Shown in pieces: positions 18,047-27,233 of a stretch of DNA of 64,000 nucleotides. How positions within the stretch are numbered: the stretch's first letter is position 1; every line of letters starts with the position of its first letter. The notes under the pieces were generated by a model that made no database searches, was not told the origin of the DNA, and saw nothing but the letters and a program-made list of their open reading frames with translations. A program made the translations under genes and the position numbers. Source of the stretch: an uncultured Candidatus Saccharibacteria bacterium (lineage in GTDB: Bacteria; Patescibacteriota; Minisyncoccia; Phycocordibacterales; PALSA-1337); NCBI GenBank assembly GCA_964467225.1, contig CAYXPQ010000001.1, positions 75,803 to 139,802 on the forward strand. The letters run 5' to 3'.

Positions 18047-18490
18047 ATGCAACTCCATAATTTAATTCCAAAAACAAAGAATAAGAAAACGATGACAGTC
18101 GGCCGAGGAGGCAAAAGAGGCAAGACTTCTGGAAGGGGTACAAAAGGCCAAAATGCTCGTGCTGGACACAAGAAGAGACCAGAGCTAAGAGATTTTATTA
18201 AGAGAATCCCAAAGATGCGAGGTCGTGGTGTAAATTCTAATAAGTCTATTAATGATAGATTTATTCCTATTAACATTAAAGACATTGAAATGGTATTTGA
18301 GGCTGGATCTCAAGTTAATCCTAGTACTTTAATTGAGAAGAAGCTTATTTCAACAATCGATGGTAAAATACCTGCAGTTAAGATCCTTGGTGCAGGTGAT
18401 ATTACTAAAAAGTTACAATTTAGTGGTTGTAAAATTTCAGATCAAGCAAAAGCAAAGATCGAGAAAGTTGGAGGTTCAGTACAGTTATAA
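18047..18490 (+). CDS. rplO: 50S ribosomal protein L15
   Basis: 147 aa with Gly/Arg/Lys-rich L15 N-terminus GRGGKRGKTSGRGTKGQNARAG. It follows rpsE directly with no rpmD between them. Confidence 0.92.
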   Translation: MQLHNLIPKTKNKKTMTVGRGGKRGKTSGRGTKGQNARAGHKKRPELRDFIKRIPKMRGRGVNSNKSINDRFIPINIKDIEMVFEAGSQVNPSTLIEKKLISTIDGKIPAVKILGAGDITKKLQFSGCKISDQAKAKIEKVGGSVQL

Positions 18491-18502
18491 TAGAATAAAA
18501 AT

Positions 18503-19774
18503 ATGAATGGATTTCTATCAAAAATAAGCATTGTTCTAAAAGATCCAACAATGCGCAAGAGAATTGCGTTTACTATAGTTGCACTTATAGTTTTTAGATT
18601 ATTTTCAGCTATTCCAATTCCAGGTATTGATGTGGCAAGTCTTGAGAGGTTATTAGCTGGTAATCAGTTTTTTGGATTGCTAGATATTTTCTCAGGAGGA
18701 GGTATATCTAGACTTTCTATTGTGATGCTTGGAGTCAGCCCATTTATTACAGCTTCTATTATTATGCAATTGCTTGGAATGATGATTCCAAAAATGAAAG
18801 CAATGATGCAAGAAGAAGGGGAAATAGGTCGTCAAAAGATGTCTCAGTATTCTAGATTGATTTCTGTACCACTCGCTGCTATTCAAGCTTTTGCTTTTAT
18901 AAGTCTTTTCCAAAGTCAGAATGTTATTCCAGAACTTTCTGGAATGATGCTAGTGGTAAATATTATAATTATCACTGCCGGTTCAGTAATGTTAATGTGG
19001 CTTGGTGAACTTATATCAGAGTTCGGTATAGGAAATGGAGTATCTTTGATTATATTTGCAGGTATAGTTGCTGTCTTGCCTACAAGAATAATGCAATTCG
19101 TAGCCGGATTTGATCCAGCACAGTTGCCAGCTTATCTTCTATTCCTTCTGATATCACTTGTTGTGATTGTTGGAGTAGTTGTTATAACTGAAGCAGAAAG
19201 ATCAATTCCAGTCACTTATGCAAAGCAAGTTAGAGGGAATAAAGTTTATGGTGGTACCTCAACATATTTACCACTTCGTTTAAACCAAAGTGGAGTTATT
19301 CCAATCATATTTGCACTTTCTATACTTCTTTTCCCTCAAATAATCTCAAATGTTCTCTCAAAAGTTTCAAATCCCGTTATTGCAGATACCGCTCGATCAA
19401 TTTCTGATTTTCTAAATGCTCCTTGGCCGCATGCAATAATCTACTTCTTATTAGTATTTATATTCACATATTTCTATACTGCTGTAACTTTTGATCCAAA
19501 GTTGATATCAGAGAATTTGCAAAAGGGTGGAGCATTTATACCAGGCGTTAGACCAGGTGAATCTACTATGAATTATTTAGGTAAAGTAGTTACAAGAATA
19601 ACTTTAGTAGGTGCTTTATTTCTAGGCTTTATTGCTGTGCTACCATTGGGTATTCAAGCTTTCACAGGAACTCAAACCTTGGCAATAGGCGGAACAGCTC
19701 TATTGATTGTGGTGTCAGTTGTATTGGATCTCATCAAAAAGATTGATGCTCAGGCCTCAATGCGAGAATACTAG
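18503..19774 (+). CDS. secY: preprotein translocase subunit SecY
   Basis: 423 aa polytopic membrane protein with SecY sequence. Confidence 0.95.
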   Translation: MNGFLSKISIVLKDPTMRKRIAFTIVALIVFRLFSAIPIPGIDVASLERLLAGNQFFGLLDIFSGGGISRLSIVMLGVSPFITASIIMQLLGMMIPKMKAMMQEEGEIGRQKMSQYSRLISVPLAAIQAFAFISLFQSQNVIPELSGMMLVVNIIIITAGSVMLMWLGELISEFGIGNGVSLIIFAGIVAVLPTRIMQFVAGFDPAQLPAYLLFLLISLVVIVGVVVITEAERSIPVTYAKQVRGNKVYGGTSTYLPLRLNQSGVIPIIFALSILLFPQIISNVLSKVSNPVIADTARSISDFLNAPWPHAIIYFLLVFIFTYFYTAVTFDPKLISENLQKGGAFIPGVRPGESTMNYLGKVVTRITLVGALFLGFIAVLPLGIQAFTGTQTLAIGGTALLIVVSVVLDLIKKIDAQASMREY

Positions 19775-19795
19775 AAATATGTTATCCTGATCCTT

Positions 19796-20380
19796 ATGGA
19801 TCAAAAAGTCTTTATTCTAATAGGAAGATCAGGTTGTGGTAAGGGAACCCAGGGTGAACTTCTTACAAAATATCTAAAGGAAATAGATAGCCAAAGAGAT
19901 ACACTCTATATTCAGAGTGGTAGTGAAGTACGTGAATTTATAAAAGGTAATTCTTTGACTCAGAGAATATCAAATCAATACTATAAAGATGATAAATTAC
20001 AGCCAGAATTTATCTCAGTTTATATGTGGATTAATGTATTGGTAAATAATTTTGATGAATCAAAACATTTGATATTTGACGGTACTCCAAGAAGAAAGCA
20101 TGAAGCGGGAGTGCTAGATTCTGTATTTGATTTCTATTCTTTAAAAAAGCCTACAGTCATAAATATTGATGTAAGTGAAGAATGGGCCACTGCTAAACTT
20201 TCTGCAAGACACAGGATGGATGATAATATGGATGATATAAAAAAGAGACTGGCTTGGTATATTACAGATGTAGTTCCAGCCATTGAATTTTACAAAGACA
20301 ACCCTCGTTATAATTTTATTTCAATAAATGGGGAAAGAAGCATAGACGAAGTATATAAAGATATTATAAAACACATATGA
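19796..20380 (+). CDS. adk: adenylate kinase-like nucleoside monophosphate kinase
   Basis: P-loop GRSGCGKGTQ at the conserved post-secY position. 194 aa. Confidence 0.75.
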   Translation: MDQKVFILIGRSGCGKGTQGELLTKYLKEIDSQRDTLYIQSGSEVREFIKGNSLTQRISNQYYKDDKLQPEFISVYMWINVLVNNFDESKHLIFDGTPRRKHEAGVLDSVFDFYSLKKPTVINIDVSEEWATAKLSARHRMDDNMDDIKKRLAWYITDVVPAIEFYKDNPRYNFISINGERSIDEVYKDIIKHI

Positions 20381-21147
20381 TAAGAATTAAGACAAAGGAG
20401 GATATACAGAAATTGAGAGAGGGAGGCAAAAGACATGCGGAAATCCTCGACTTGCTTAAAAATATGGTTAAGCCGGGAGTAACTGCAAAGGAGTTGGACG
20501 ATGAGGCATATAGATTGATCAAAGAAGGCGGGGATATTCCTGCTTTTTTAAACTATAAGCCAAGAGGCGAGTCTAGACCTTTTCCTGCCAGTCTATGTGT
20601 TTCTATTAATGACGAAATAGTGCATGGTATTCCAAATGAAAAAGAAAAGATTTTGAAAGATGGAGATATTGTTACAATTGATTTGGGTTTAATTCATAAA
20701 GGATTAATCACTGATGCAGCAATTACAGTTCCAGTGGGCAACATAACTCCCGAATTAAAAAAGTTATTAGAAGTCACCAAAGAAGCATTATATTCAGGAA
20801 TTAAAGCTGCAAAAGGTGGCAAAAGAGTTGGCGATATTAGTGTGGCTATTGAGAGACTGGCTGTATCTGCCGGTTTTGGAGTTGTTGAAGAATTATCTGG
20901 TCATGGAGTTGGCTATAGTGTGCATGAAGATCCATATGTTCCAAATTATGGTGTTGCTGGTACAGGAGATGTACTCAAACCTGGCATGGTGCTGGCTATT
21001 GAACCAATTTTTAATCTAGGCGATCATAGAACTCTTCTAGATAAAGATGGGTACACCTATAGAACACGAGATGGAAAACCAAGTGCACATTTTGAACACA
21101 CAATTTTAATTACAAAAAGCGAGCCAGAAATATTAACTAAAATGTAA
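20377..21147 (+). CDS. map: methionine aminopeptidase type I
   Basis: 256 aa pita-bread fold sequence with metal ligands (D..D..H..E..E). 4-nt overlap with adk. Confidence 0.9.
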   Translation: MIRIKTKEDIQKLREGGKRHAEILDLLKNMVKPGVTAKELDDEAYRLIKEGGDIPAFLNYKPRGESRPFPASLCVSINDEIVHGIPNEKEKILKDGDIVTIDLGLIHKGLITDAAITVPVGNITPELKKLLEVTKEALYSGIKAAKGGKRVGDISVAIERLAVSAGFGVVEELSGHGVGYSVHEDPYVPNYGVAGTGDVLKPGMVLAIEPIFNLGDHRTLLDKDGYTYRTRDGKPSAHFEHTILITKSEPEILTKM

Positions 21148-21151
21148 ACAT

Positions 21152-21763
21152 ATGAAAACACAACATTCAAAGCATGAAAGAACATTAGTAATAATAAAAC
21201 CCGATGGTATTCAAAGAAGTTTGATAGGGGAAGTGATTAATAGATATGAAAGAACTGGTCTGAAGTTAGTTGCCATCAAAATGCTTGTACCGACAAAAGA
21301 AATGGTTGAGGCTCATTATACTCTCGATCCTGAATGGAAATTAAAAACCGGAATAAAGAATATTCAGGCATACAAAGATAAAGGTCTTACTCCTCCACAT
21401 GATGATCCCATCAAACAATCAGAAATGATCTTGGAGAAATTAAAGAAATACATGGCAAGTGGACCAGTAATAGCAATGGTGTGGCAAGGAATGCATGCCG
21501 TAGCTATAGTTAGAAAGATTACAGGTGGAACTGAGCCACTATTGTCCGATGTGGGAACAATAAGAGGGGATTATGTTCTTGATTCATATCAAGTCGCTGA
21601 TGAAGATATTCGAGCTATAAGAAATATTGTTCATGCTTCTGGTGCTGTAAAAGAAGCAAATGATGAAATCAAATTCTGGTTCAAGGATAATGAGATTATG
21701 AAATATAATCACATTCAAGACAGAATTTTGTACGATGTCAATCTAGACGGTATTCTTGATTAG
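21152..21763 (+). CDS. ndk: nucleoside diphosphate kinase (with C-terminal extension)
   Basis: N-terminus ERTLVIIKPDGIQRSLIGEVI..GLKLVA is NDK-like. At 203 aa it is longer than the canonical ~140 aa. Confidence 0.75.
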   Translation: MKTQHSKHERTLVIIKPDGIQRSLIGEVINRYERTGLKLVAIKMLVPTKEMVEAHYTLDPEWKLKTGIKNIQAYKDKGLTPPHDDPIKQSEMILEKLKKYMASGPVIAMVWQGMHAVAIVRKITGGTEPLLSDVGTIRGDYVLDSYQVADEDIRAIRNIVHASGAVKEANDEIKFWFKDNEIMKYNHIQDRILYDVNLDGILD

Positions 21764-21969
21764 AATATAATTATAGTAGGTTACGAGAGTATTAACTCTA
21801 TAACTTTTAATTTGGGAGATCAACGAGTCCTCGTGATTCACATTATGTTGCACCTTGGTGTTAACATTGAGATCACCCACCTAGTATTTTACTAGGCTTG
21901 ATACTCTTGTAGCCTATCGAAAACGTCTGCTTCATGCAGATGTTTTCGTATCTGATATAATTAATCATA

Positions 21970-22353
21970 ATGCGTCATATAAAGATTTCTGTTATTACAA
22001 TATTTTTCTCTACTTTACTATATTATCTACACAAAATAGCTTTAGATAATCATTTGTATATGCAGTTTTGGTTCTACGACATAATGATGCACTTCTTGGG
22101 TGGGGTATGTATTGCACTGCTTTTGTATTGCATTTCAATATTTTTTAATATAAATCATATAAGAAATAATATTTTTAATTTAATTTTCTATACTTTTATT
22201 ATTGGTATATTCTGGGAAGTCTTTGAAGTCTATTATAGAATAGCAGGTCATCCTATTCATACTTTGGCATATAAGTTAGACACAATAAAGGATTTGATAA
22301 TGGATAGCTTGGGGGCAGTAGCAGTTGGGTTAATTTTTAAAAATAAAAAATAA
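21970..22353 (+). CDS. small integral membrane protein (VanZ-like, tentative)
   Basis: 127 aa with four predicted TM segments. Confidence 0.5.
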   Translation: MRHIKISVITIFFSTLLYYLHKIALDNHLYMQFWFYDIMMHFLGGVCIALLLYCISIFFNINHIRNNIFNLIFYTFIIGIFWEVFEVYYRIAGHPIHTLAYKLDTIKDLIMDSLGAVAVGLIFKNKK

Positions 22354-22354
22354 A

Positions 22355-23713
22355 ATGAGTGCAAATATTACATTCTGTAGTGGTGTGGGCAGTGTAACTG
22401 GAGCGAATTTTCTCTTAGAAATTGCTGACAAAAAAATCTTAATAGATTGTGGATTGATTCAAGGTGAGAAGTCTGCTCAAGTAGAGAATAGGGGAGGTTT
22501 TGGTTATGATGCTAGGGAAATTGATATGCTTTTTGTTACTCATGCTCATCTTGATCATGTTGGCCGAATACCAAAATTAGTTAGAGAAGGTTTCTCAGGT
22601 GTAATATATTCAACACTTGAGACTCGAGAACTAGCGTTGCTAATATTAGAAGATGCTGTAGGTCTTCTGGAGAGAGAAGCAAATAATGACGGACTAACTC
22701 CTATTTATGATATGGAAGATGTAAAAAAATCTTTCACATTATGGCAAACAATTCCATACCATGAGGAGACGAATTTCCCTGAGGGATTCTCAGTATATTT
22801 AAGAGATGCTGGACATATTCTAGGTTCTTCCATGATTCAATTTACCTATGGTGGCAAGAGAATTGTATTTACTGGAGATCTTGGCAATACTCCTACTCCG
22901 ATTCTTAGGGATACAGAATCAATAGAAGGTGCAGATTATGTAATTATGGAAAGTGTATATGGCGATAGGAATCATGAACCAAAGAGTGAAAGGATTAAAA
23001 AATTAGAAAATATTATTAGAGATACTTTCTCCAGAGGGGGAACTGTAGTTATACCTACATTTTCATTAGAGAGAACTCAAGTTATTCTTTATGAAATAAA
23101 TAAATTAATAGAATCAAAGTCAATTCCCAATATTCCTGTATATGTTGATTCTCCTCTAGCCACAAAAATTACTGATATCTATAAATCCAGTACCCATCTT
23201 TTCAATCAAAAAGCACAAGATGAAATAAAAAATGGTGATGATATATTTGATTTCCCTAAATTATCATTTACAGTCAGTGGGGAAGCATCAAGAAGTATCG
23301 ATCATATCAAAACTCCAAAAATAATAATAGCTGGCTCAGGAATGTCTATAGGGGGCAGAGTAATACATCATGAGGAAATATATTTACCCGATTCCAAGAA
23401 TACTATTCTGCTTGTAGGTTATCAAACTTTAGGTTCTGTTGGCAGACATCTTATAGATGGTGATAAAAAAGTTCAAATACATGGTAATGAAATTCCAGTC
23501 AAAGCCAAGATAGAGAGTATACTAGGGTATTCTTCGCATAAGGATTCAGATAATTTATTGGATTTCGTTGTTACAACTCAAAAGACAGTTAAAAATGTTT
23601 TTGTAGTAATGGGTGAACCCAAGGCCTCGCTGTATTTGGTTCAGAAAATAAAAGACTATCTTGGTTTGAATGCTATTTATCCTGAAAGATTGAAGAAATA
23701 TAAGCTGTGGTAG
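22355..23713 (+). CDS. metallo-beta-lactamase fold / beta-CASP ribonuclease
   Basis: 452 aa with MBL motif HAHLDHVGRIP. The overall length and layout resemble RNA-metabolising beta-CASP enzymes. Confidence 0.7.
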   Translation: MSANITFCSGVGSVTGANFLLEIADKKILIDCGLIQGEKSAQVENRGGFGYDAREIDMLFVTHAHLDHVGRIPKLVREGFSGVIYSTLETRELALLILEDAVGLLEREANNDGLTPIYDMEDVKKSFTLWQTIPYHEETNFPEGFSVYLRDAGHILGSSMIQFTYGGKRIVFTGDLGNTPTPILRDTESIEGADYVIMESVYGDRNHEPKSERIKKLENIIRDTFSRGGTVVIPTFSLERTQVILYEINKLIESKSIPNIPVYVDSPLATKITDIYKSSTHLFNQKAQDEIKNGDDIFDFPKLSFTVSGEASRSIDHIKTPKIIIAGSGMSIGGRVIHHEEIYLPDSKNTILLVGYQTLGSVGRHLIDGDKKVQIHGNEIPVKAKIESILGYSSHKDSDNLLDFVVTTQKTVKNVFVVMGEPKASLYLVQKIKDYLGLNAIYPERLKKYKLW

Positions 23714-23715
23714 AT

Positions 23716-24066
23716 TTAAGCAACCTTCTTTACAATTGCCTCAAATGACTTAGGATTCTCAGCTGCTAGGGCAGAAAGAACCTTTCTGTCTAATGCAATA
23801 TTTGCTTTCTTTAGATTGCCTATAAATTTACTGTATGAATATTTCTCATTTAGATTTCTCAATGCAGCATTGATTCTTACATTCCATAGGTTTCTCATAT
23901 CACCCTTCTTGTCTCTTCTGTGTGCGAAAGCATAAGCTCCAGCATGTGAAATGGCTTCATAAGCATTTCTTTCTTTCTTACTTCTTGAGAATCTGTAACC
24001 CTTTACTTGGCTTAATATATTTCGTCTTGTCTTTAGTGCGTGTACACCTTTCTTTACTCTTGTCAT
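23716..24066 (-). CDS. rplT: 50S ribosomal protein L20
   Basis: 116 aa with L20-like sequence. It is last in the infC-rpmI-rplT operon. Confidence 0.92.
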   Translation of the reverse strand: MTRVKKGVHALKTRRNILSQVKGYRFSRSKKERNAYEAISHAGAYAFAHRRDKKGDMRNLWNVRINAALRNLNEKYSYSKFIGNLKKANIALDRKVLSALAAENPKSFEAIVKKVA

Positions 24067-24084
24067 GGTATTTTATTTAATTAA

Positions 24085-24270
24085 TTATGCATTTACTAAG
24101 AAACGACTCTTCTCTTTGTTAGTCATTGAGAATTCCATTCCTCGCTTCTTGGCTAATTGAGATCTTCTGCTTTCTTTTGAATTGAAATGATTTTGACCCT
24201 TTGAACGAGCAATAATCTTGCCGTTTCGTGTTAGCTTAAGTCTTTTTAAAAATGATTTGTTTGTTTTCAT
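24085..24270 (-). CDS. rpmI: 50S ribosomal protein L35
   Basis: 61 aa and very basic. It lies between infC and rplT. Confidence 0.85.
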   Translation of the reverse strand: MKTNKSFLKRLKLTRNGKIIARSKGQNHFNSKESRRSQLAKKRGMEFSMTNKEKSRFLVNA

Positions 24271-24278
24271 ATTATTAA

Positions 24279-24794
24279 TTATGATTTCCTCTCAATAACT
24301 GCAGAAAGTCCCTTTAGTCCTTTTGTTGGAGGTACTGCGACCTTATATTCAACAGTTATAAGCTTTAGGATTCTTTCCATTCTTTCTTTGAGAAAGTTAA
24401 AGTCCATAAACTTAGATCGTCCTACGAGATATAGATCAATTTTTACTCTATTTCCATCTTTTAGCCATTCTGAGGCTTTTTTGGCTTTGAGTTCTAGATC
24501 GTGGTCTCCTGTGCCGATTTTAACCTGAATATTCTTTAATTCTGACGTTTGAGTGCGAGATTTTGCAACCTTCTGCTTCTTCTTTTCGTCATATTGAAAT
24601 TTACCATAATCCATGATTTTTGCAACTGGGGGAGTGGCATTGGGTGATATTTCAATGAGGTCTAGATTTCGAGCCTGAGACTGCTTTAAAGCTTCTGCAA
24701 GAGGAATAACACCAAGATTTTCACCTTCGTCGGTGATAACTCTTAGTTCTGGAGCCTTTATGTATTGATTAATCCTAACTCGTTGGGTACTCAT
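24279..24794 (-). CDS. infC: translation initiation factor IF-3
   Basis: 171 aa with IF3 N- and C-domains (INQYIKAPELRVI..., LDLIEISPNATPPVAKIMDYGK). Confidence 0.93.
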   Translation of the reverse strand: MSTQRVRINQYIKAPELRVITDEGENLGVIPLAEALKQSQARNLDLIEISPNATPPVAKIMDYGKFQYDEKKKQKVAKSRTQTSELKNIQVKIGTGDHDLELKAKKASEWLKDGNRVKIDLYLVGRSKFMDFNFLKERMERILKLITVEYKVAVPPTKGLKGLSAVIERKS

Positions 24795-24833
24795 GTATTA
24801 GAACATATTTATAGCATAATTTTTTTTCAATGT

Positions 24834-25913
24834 CTAGAAAAGACTTCTTATAAGTTTGATAAAAATTCCGGCAAATTTCTCTAACCAGTAACGTTGATCC
24901 CATTTCTCTAATGTTATCTCTTCAGTATTTTGTAAGTCTATATTAAATTGCTCTTTCAACTGATTTGATAGTATAACATTATTACTTACTATATTTGCTT
25001 CAAAGTTGTATAACAGACTTACGTGGTCAATATTTAAAGTGCCTATTGTCGACCAATTATCATCAATAGCAATAGTCTTGGCATGCATCATCCTATTTTT
25101 ATAAAGAAAAATTCTAATTCCTGATTTTAATATTGTGTGGAAGTAAGTTCGGGCAGCCAAGTCAACAAAAGTATGATCTGATCTTTCTGGTATTAGTATC
25201 TTAACTTCAACACCTCTTCTTGATGCCCGTTTGAGTGCATGAGTAATCCTGTGCGTGGGAACAAAGTAGGGAGTAGTAATGCAAATGCATTTTTTTGAAT
25301 TTTTTATTGCTTCTACTAATTGATTATATAATTTTCTCTGTCTAGGAAGGGGATTGTTGCTTACGTATCTGAATTCGAGGTCACTTGGTAACTCTCTTTT
25401 TATATTGCGCACCCTTTTTCTTTGAGATCTATTCCACATTTTTTCAAAATCTTTTTGCATGTTATTTACCACGGGTCCTTGTATCATAAGATTTGTCTCG
25501 CGCCAGTCTTTTGTCTTTTCCCAAATACATACACTGCCTGTGAAAGCGATTTTGCTATCGATTACTATTGTTCTGCGATGATTTCTAAAATACCACGATC
25601 TATAATTGGGCACGTCGAGAAAATCTGGCAAAAGCGTTTTAAAAAATAATAGCTCTATTCCTTTTTGCTTTAGATTCTCGATAGCATCATTGCCGAAAAA
25701 TAAGAAGCTTCCTGCGGCATCCCAAATAAATCTAACCTTAACTCCTTCTGCTGCTTTCTTGGCACAAATATCGATTATTCTATTTCCAAATGCGTCTGAT
25801 ACGAAAATGAATTGCTCAAGATCTATTGTCTTTGTGGCAGATTCACAAGTTCTTACAATATCGTCCAAAACTTCTTCAGTTGTTGTATAGATTTTCCAAG
25901 TAGTCTGATTCAT
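24834..25913 (-). CDS. phospholipase D superfamily protein (cardiolipin synthase-like, two HKD-type motifs)
   Basis: Second motif HAKTIAIDDNWSTIGTLN is a canonical HxK(x)4D(x)6G.xN. The first motif HRRTIVIDSKIAFTGS is degenerate. Confidence 0.7.
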   Translation of the reverse strand: MNQTTWKIYTTTEEVLDDIVRTCESATKTIDLEQFIFVSDAFGNRIIDICAKKAAEGVKVRFIWDAAGSFLFFGNDAIENLKQKGIELLFFKTLLPDFLDVPNYRSWYFRNHRRTIVIDSKIAFTGSVCIWEKTKDWRETNLMIQGPVVNNMQKDFEKMWNRSQRKRVRNIKRELPSDLEFRYVSNNPLPRQRKLYNQLVEAIKNSKKCICITTPYFVPTHRITHALKRASRRGVEVKILIPERSDHTFVDLAARTYFHTILKSGIRIFLYKNRMMHAKTIAIDDNWSTIGTLNIDHVSLLYNFEANIVSNNVILSNQLKEQFNIDLQNTEEITLEKWDQRYWLEKFAGIFIKLIRSLF

Positions 25914-25971
25914 TCAACTTAATTATAGCTTTTTATAGCGACTAAAGAAATATTATAGGATTTGTAGTAAG

Positions 25972-26259
25972 ATGATGGCAGAAAGGAGTGGTATGAAAAA
26001 AAATTCAAGACGCCGGAAAAATAGAATGACTCTCGTGGATCCGTTTGATAGGGATATGAGAGTAGTGGATGCAAAAGCTCTTTTCAGAGCTTACATGATC
26101 AAAAACATAGTTTATTCTAAGCTTCCACCACCTAAGAAGTGCTGTGATTGCTGTTCAACTCCTCTGGGAAATAATTGTAAGGTAAGAGGGATTGATTCAA
26201 ATGGCTTAGAATGTATTGTGTATATTTGTCCAGCTTGTGATCTTATGCACAGACTATGA
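25972..26259 (+). CDS. hypothetical small protein with Arg-rich N-terminus and C-terminal Cys-rich zinc-ribbon-like motif
   Basis: 95 aa with CCDCC...C..C...C..C. It is followed by a strong terminator. Confidence 0.5.
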   Translation: MMAERSGMKKNSRRRKNRMTLVDPFDRDMRVVDAKALFRAYMIKNIVYSKLPPPKKCCDCCSTPLGNNCKVRGIDSNGLECIVYICPACDLMHRL

Positions 26260-26270
26260 AAACTTTTTCA

Positions 26271-26310
26271 AGCGCTGATTTGTTCAACAAGTCAGCGCTA
26301 TTGTTTTTAT
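26271..26310 (+). terminator. rho-independent terminator
   Basis: Stem agcgctgatttg / caagtcagcgct followed by attgttttta. Confidence 0.7.
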
Positions 26311-26368
26311 AGTACAACATAGTGTGGATAATAAAAATCTTAAAAGTAATATAATTATATGAGATCCT

Positions 26369-26563
26369 ATGATAACCGTCGACGATATAACCCAAGTTGT
26401 CTTTGAGGGGGTCAATTCTGATTTCAATAGATGGTGTGCGGGAGTTTCTCTGGGGCATAGTCCAACAAGTATTGAGGCACTCTCACACTTTCTATCAAAT
26501 GGTGGATATTTGTGGGCGCTTTCTGTTCTTGGTATACAGGAGAGGAATTATTGTGGTGAATAG
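26369..26563 (+). CDS. hypothetical small ORF in locally GC-richer patch (alternative overlapping frame 26397..26639 ends exactly at a terminator)
   Basis: Only weak support from ORF length and the adjacent hairpin terminator. It cannot be decided which frame, if either, is real. Confidence 0.2.
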   Translation: MITVDDITQVVFEGVNSDFNRWCAGVSLGHSPTSIEALSHFLSNGGYLWALSVLGIQERNYCGE

Positions 26564-26640
26564 TTATCAAGTTCAGAAGAGAGTTGGTCGGTATTATCGA
26601 GATCTTAGTCGTTGTGGCTGGGATCTTTTTGATAAATAAA

Positions 26641-26684
26641 ATCAGACCACAGTAACTTGCGTCAGTGTGGTCTGTGAGTTGGGG
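26641..26684 (-). terminator. hairpin terminator (minus-strand orientation; possibly bidirectional)
   Basis: Stem cagaccaca / tgtggtctg. On the minus strand it is followed by attttatttat. It lies ~55 nt downstream of the minus-strand gene 26739..26939. Confidence 0.55.
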
Positions 26685-26738
26685 GTATTACTGACCACTT
26701 TGGTGTTGGTGTGAGTTATTTGTATAATGAGATTATTG

Positions 26739-26939
26739 CTAGAAAATCTTCCCACACTGGGTGCAAATTTCATAGTCGCATCCAAAAACTGGATCATGAT
26801 CACCCTCGATCTTGTCTTGGGGGTGTTCGCATGAATTCTGAAGATCTTGAATTCTCTTTTTCAAATCTTCAATTGATAAATTATGGACTTTGATTTGTTG
26901 ATTTATCGCATCAACTTGAGCCTTGATAGTGTCAGACAT
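26739..26939 (-). CDS. hypothetical small coiled-coil protein with C-terminal zinc ribbon
   Basis: 66 aa with CEHP...C.YEICTQC and a terminator downstream. Confidence 0.45.
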   Translation of the reverse strand: MSDTIKAQVDAINQQIKVHNLSIEDLKKRIQDLQNSCEHPQDKIEGDHDPVFGCDYEICTQCGKIF

Positions 26940-27014
26940 ATTCTTGGGTGTTGATTGTGATTACTCTAACTTTCTGGTCGCAATCATACACTTATGTAAG
27001 TAATAAATCAATTT

Positions 27015-27035
27015 CTGTGGAGATGGGCGGAATCG
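27015..27035 (-). repeat. 21-nt exact copy of the tmRNA 3' end (T-loop to 3' terminus), att-like
   Basis: ctgtggagatgggcggaatcg is identical to 28419..28439, which is the 3' end of ssrA on the minus strand. Confidence 0.7.
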
Positions 27036-27233
27036 GTCAATGTTGTATACAGATTACCCTCTACAGATGAGAAAACTTTATTTGTAACGGACAAAAACAA
27101 ATAAAATTTATAGCCTTATTTAAAAGGATATTTAGTAGATTTATTTGCAAAATATATACCAGGGATACACTACCACTACACCAAAAACACAGACCTTCTT
27201 TATATTTAATATTTATGGTATAGTGTTGCTACT

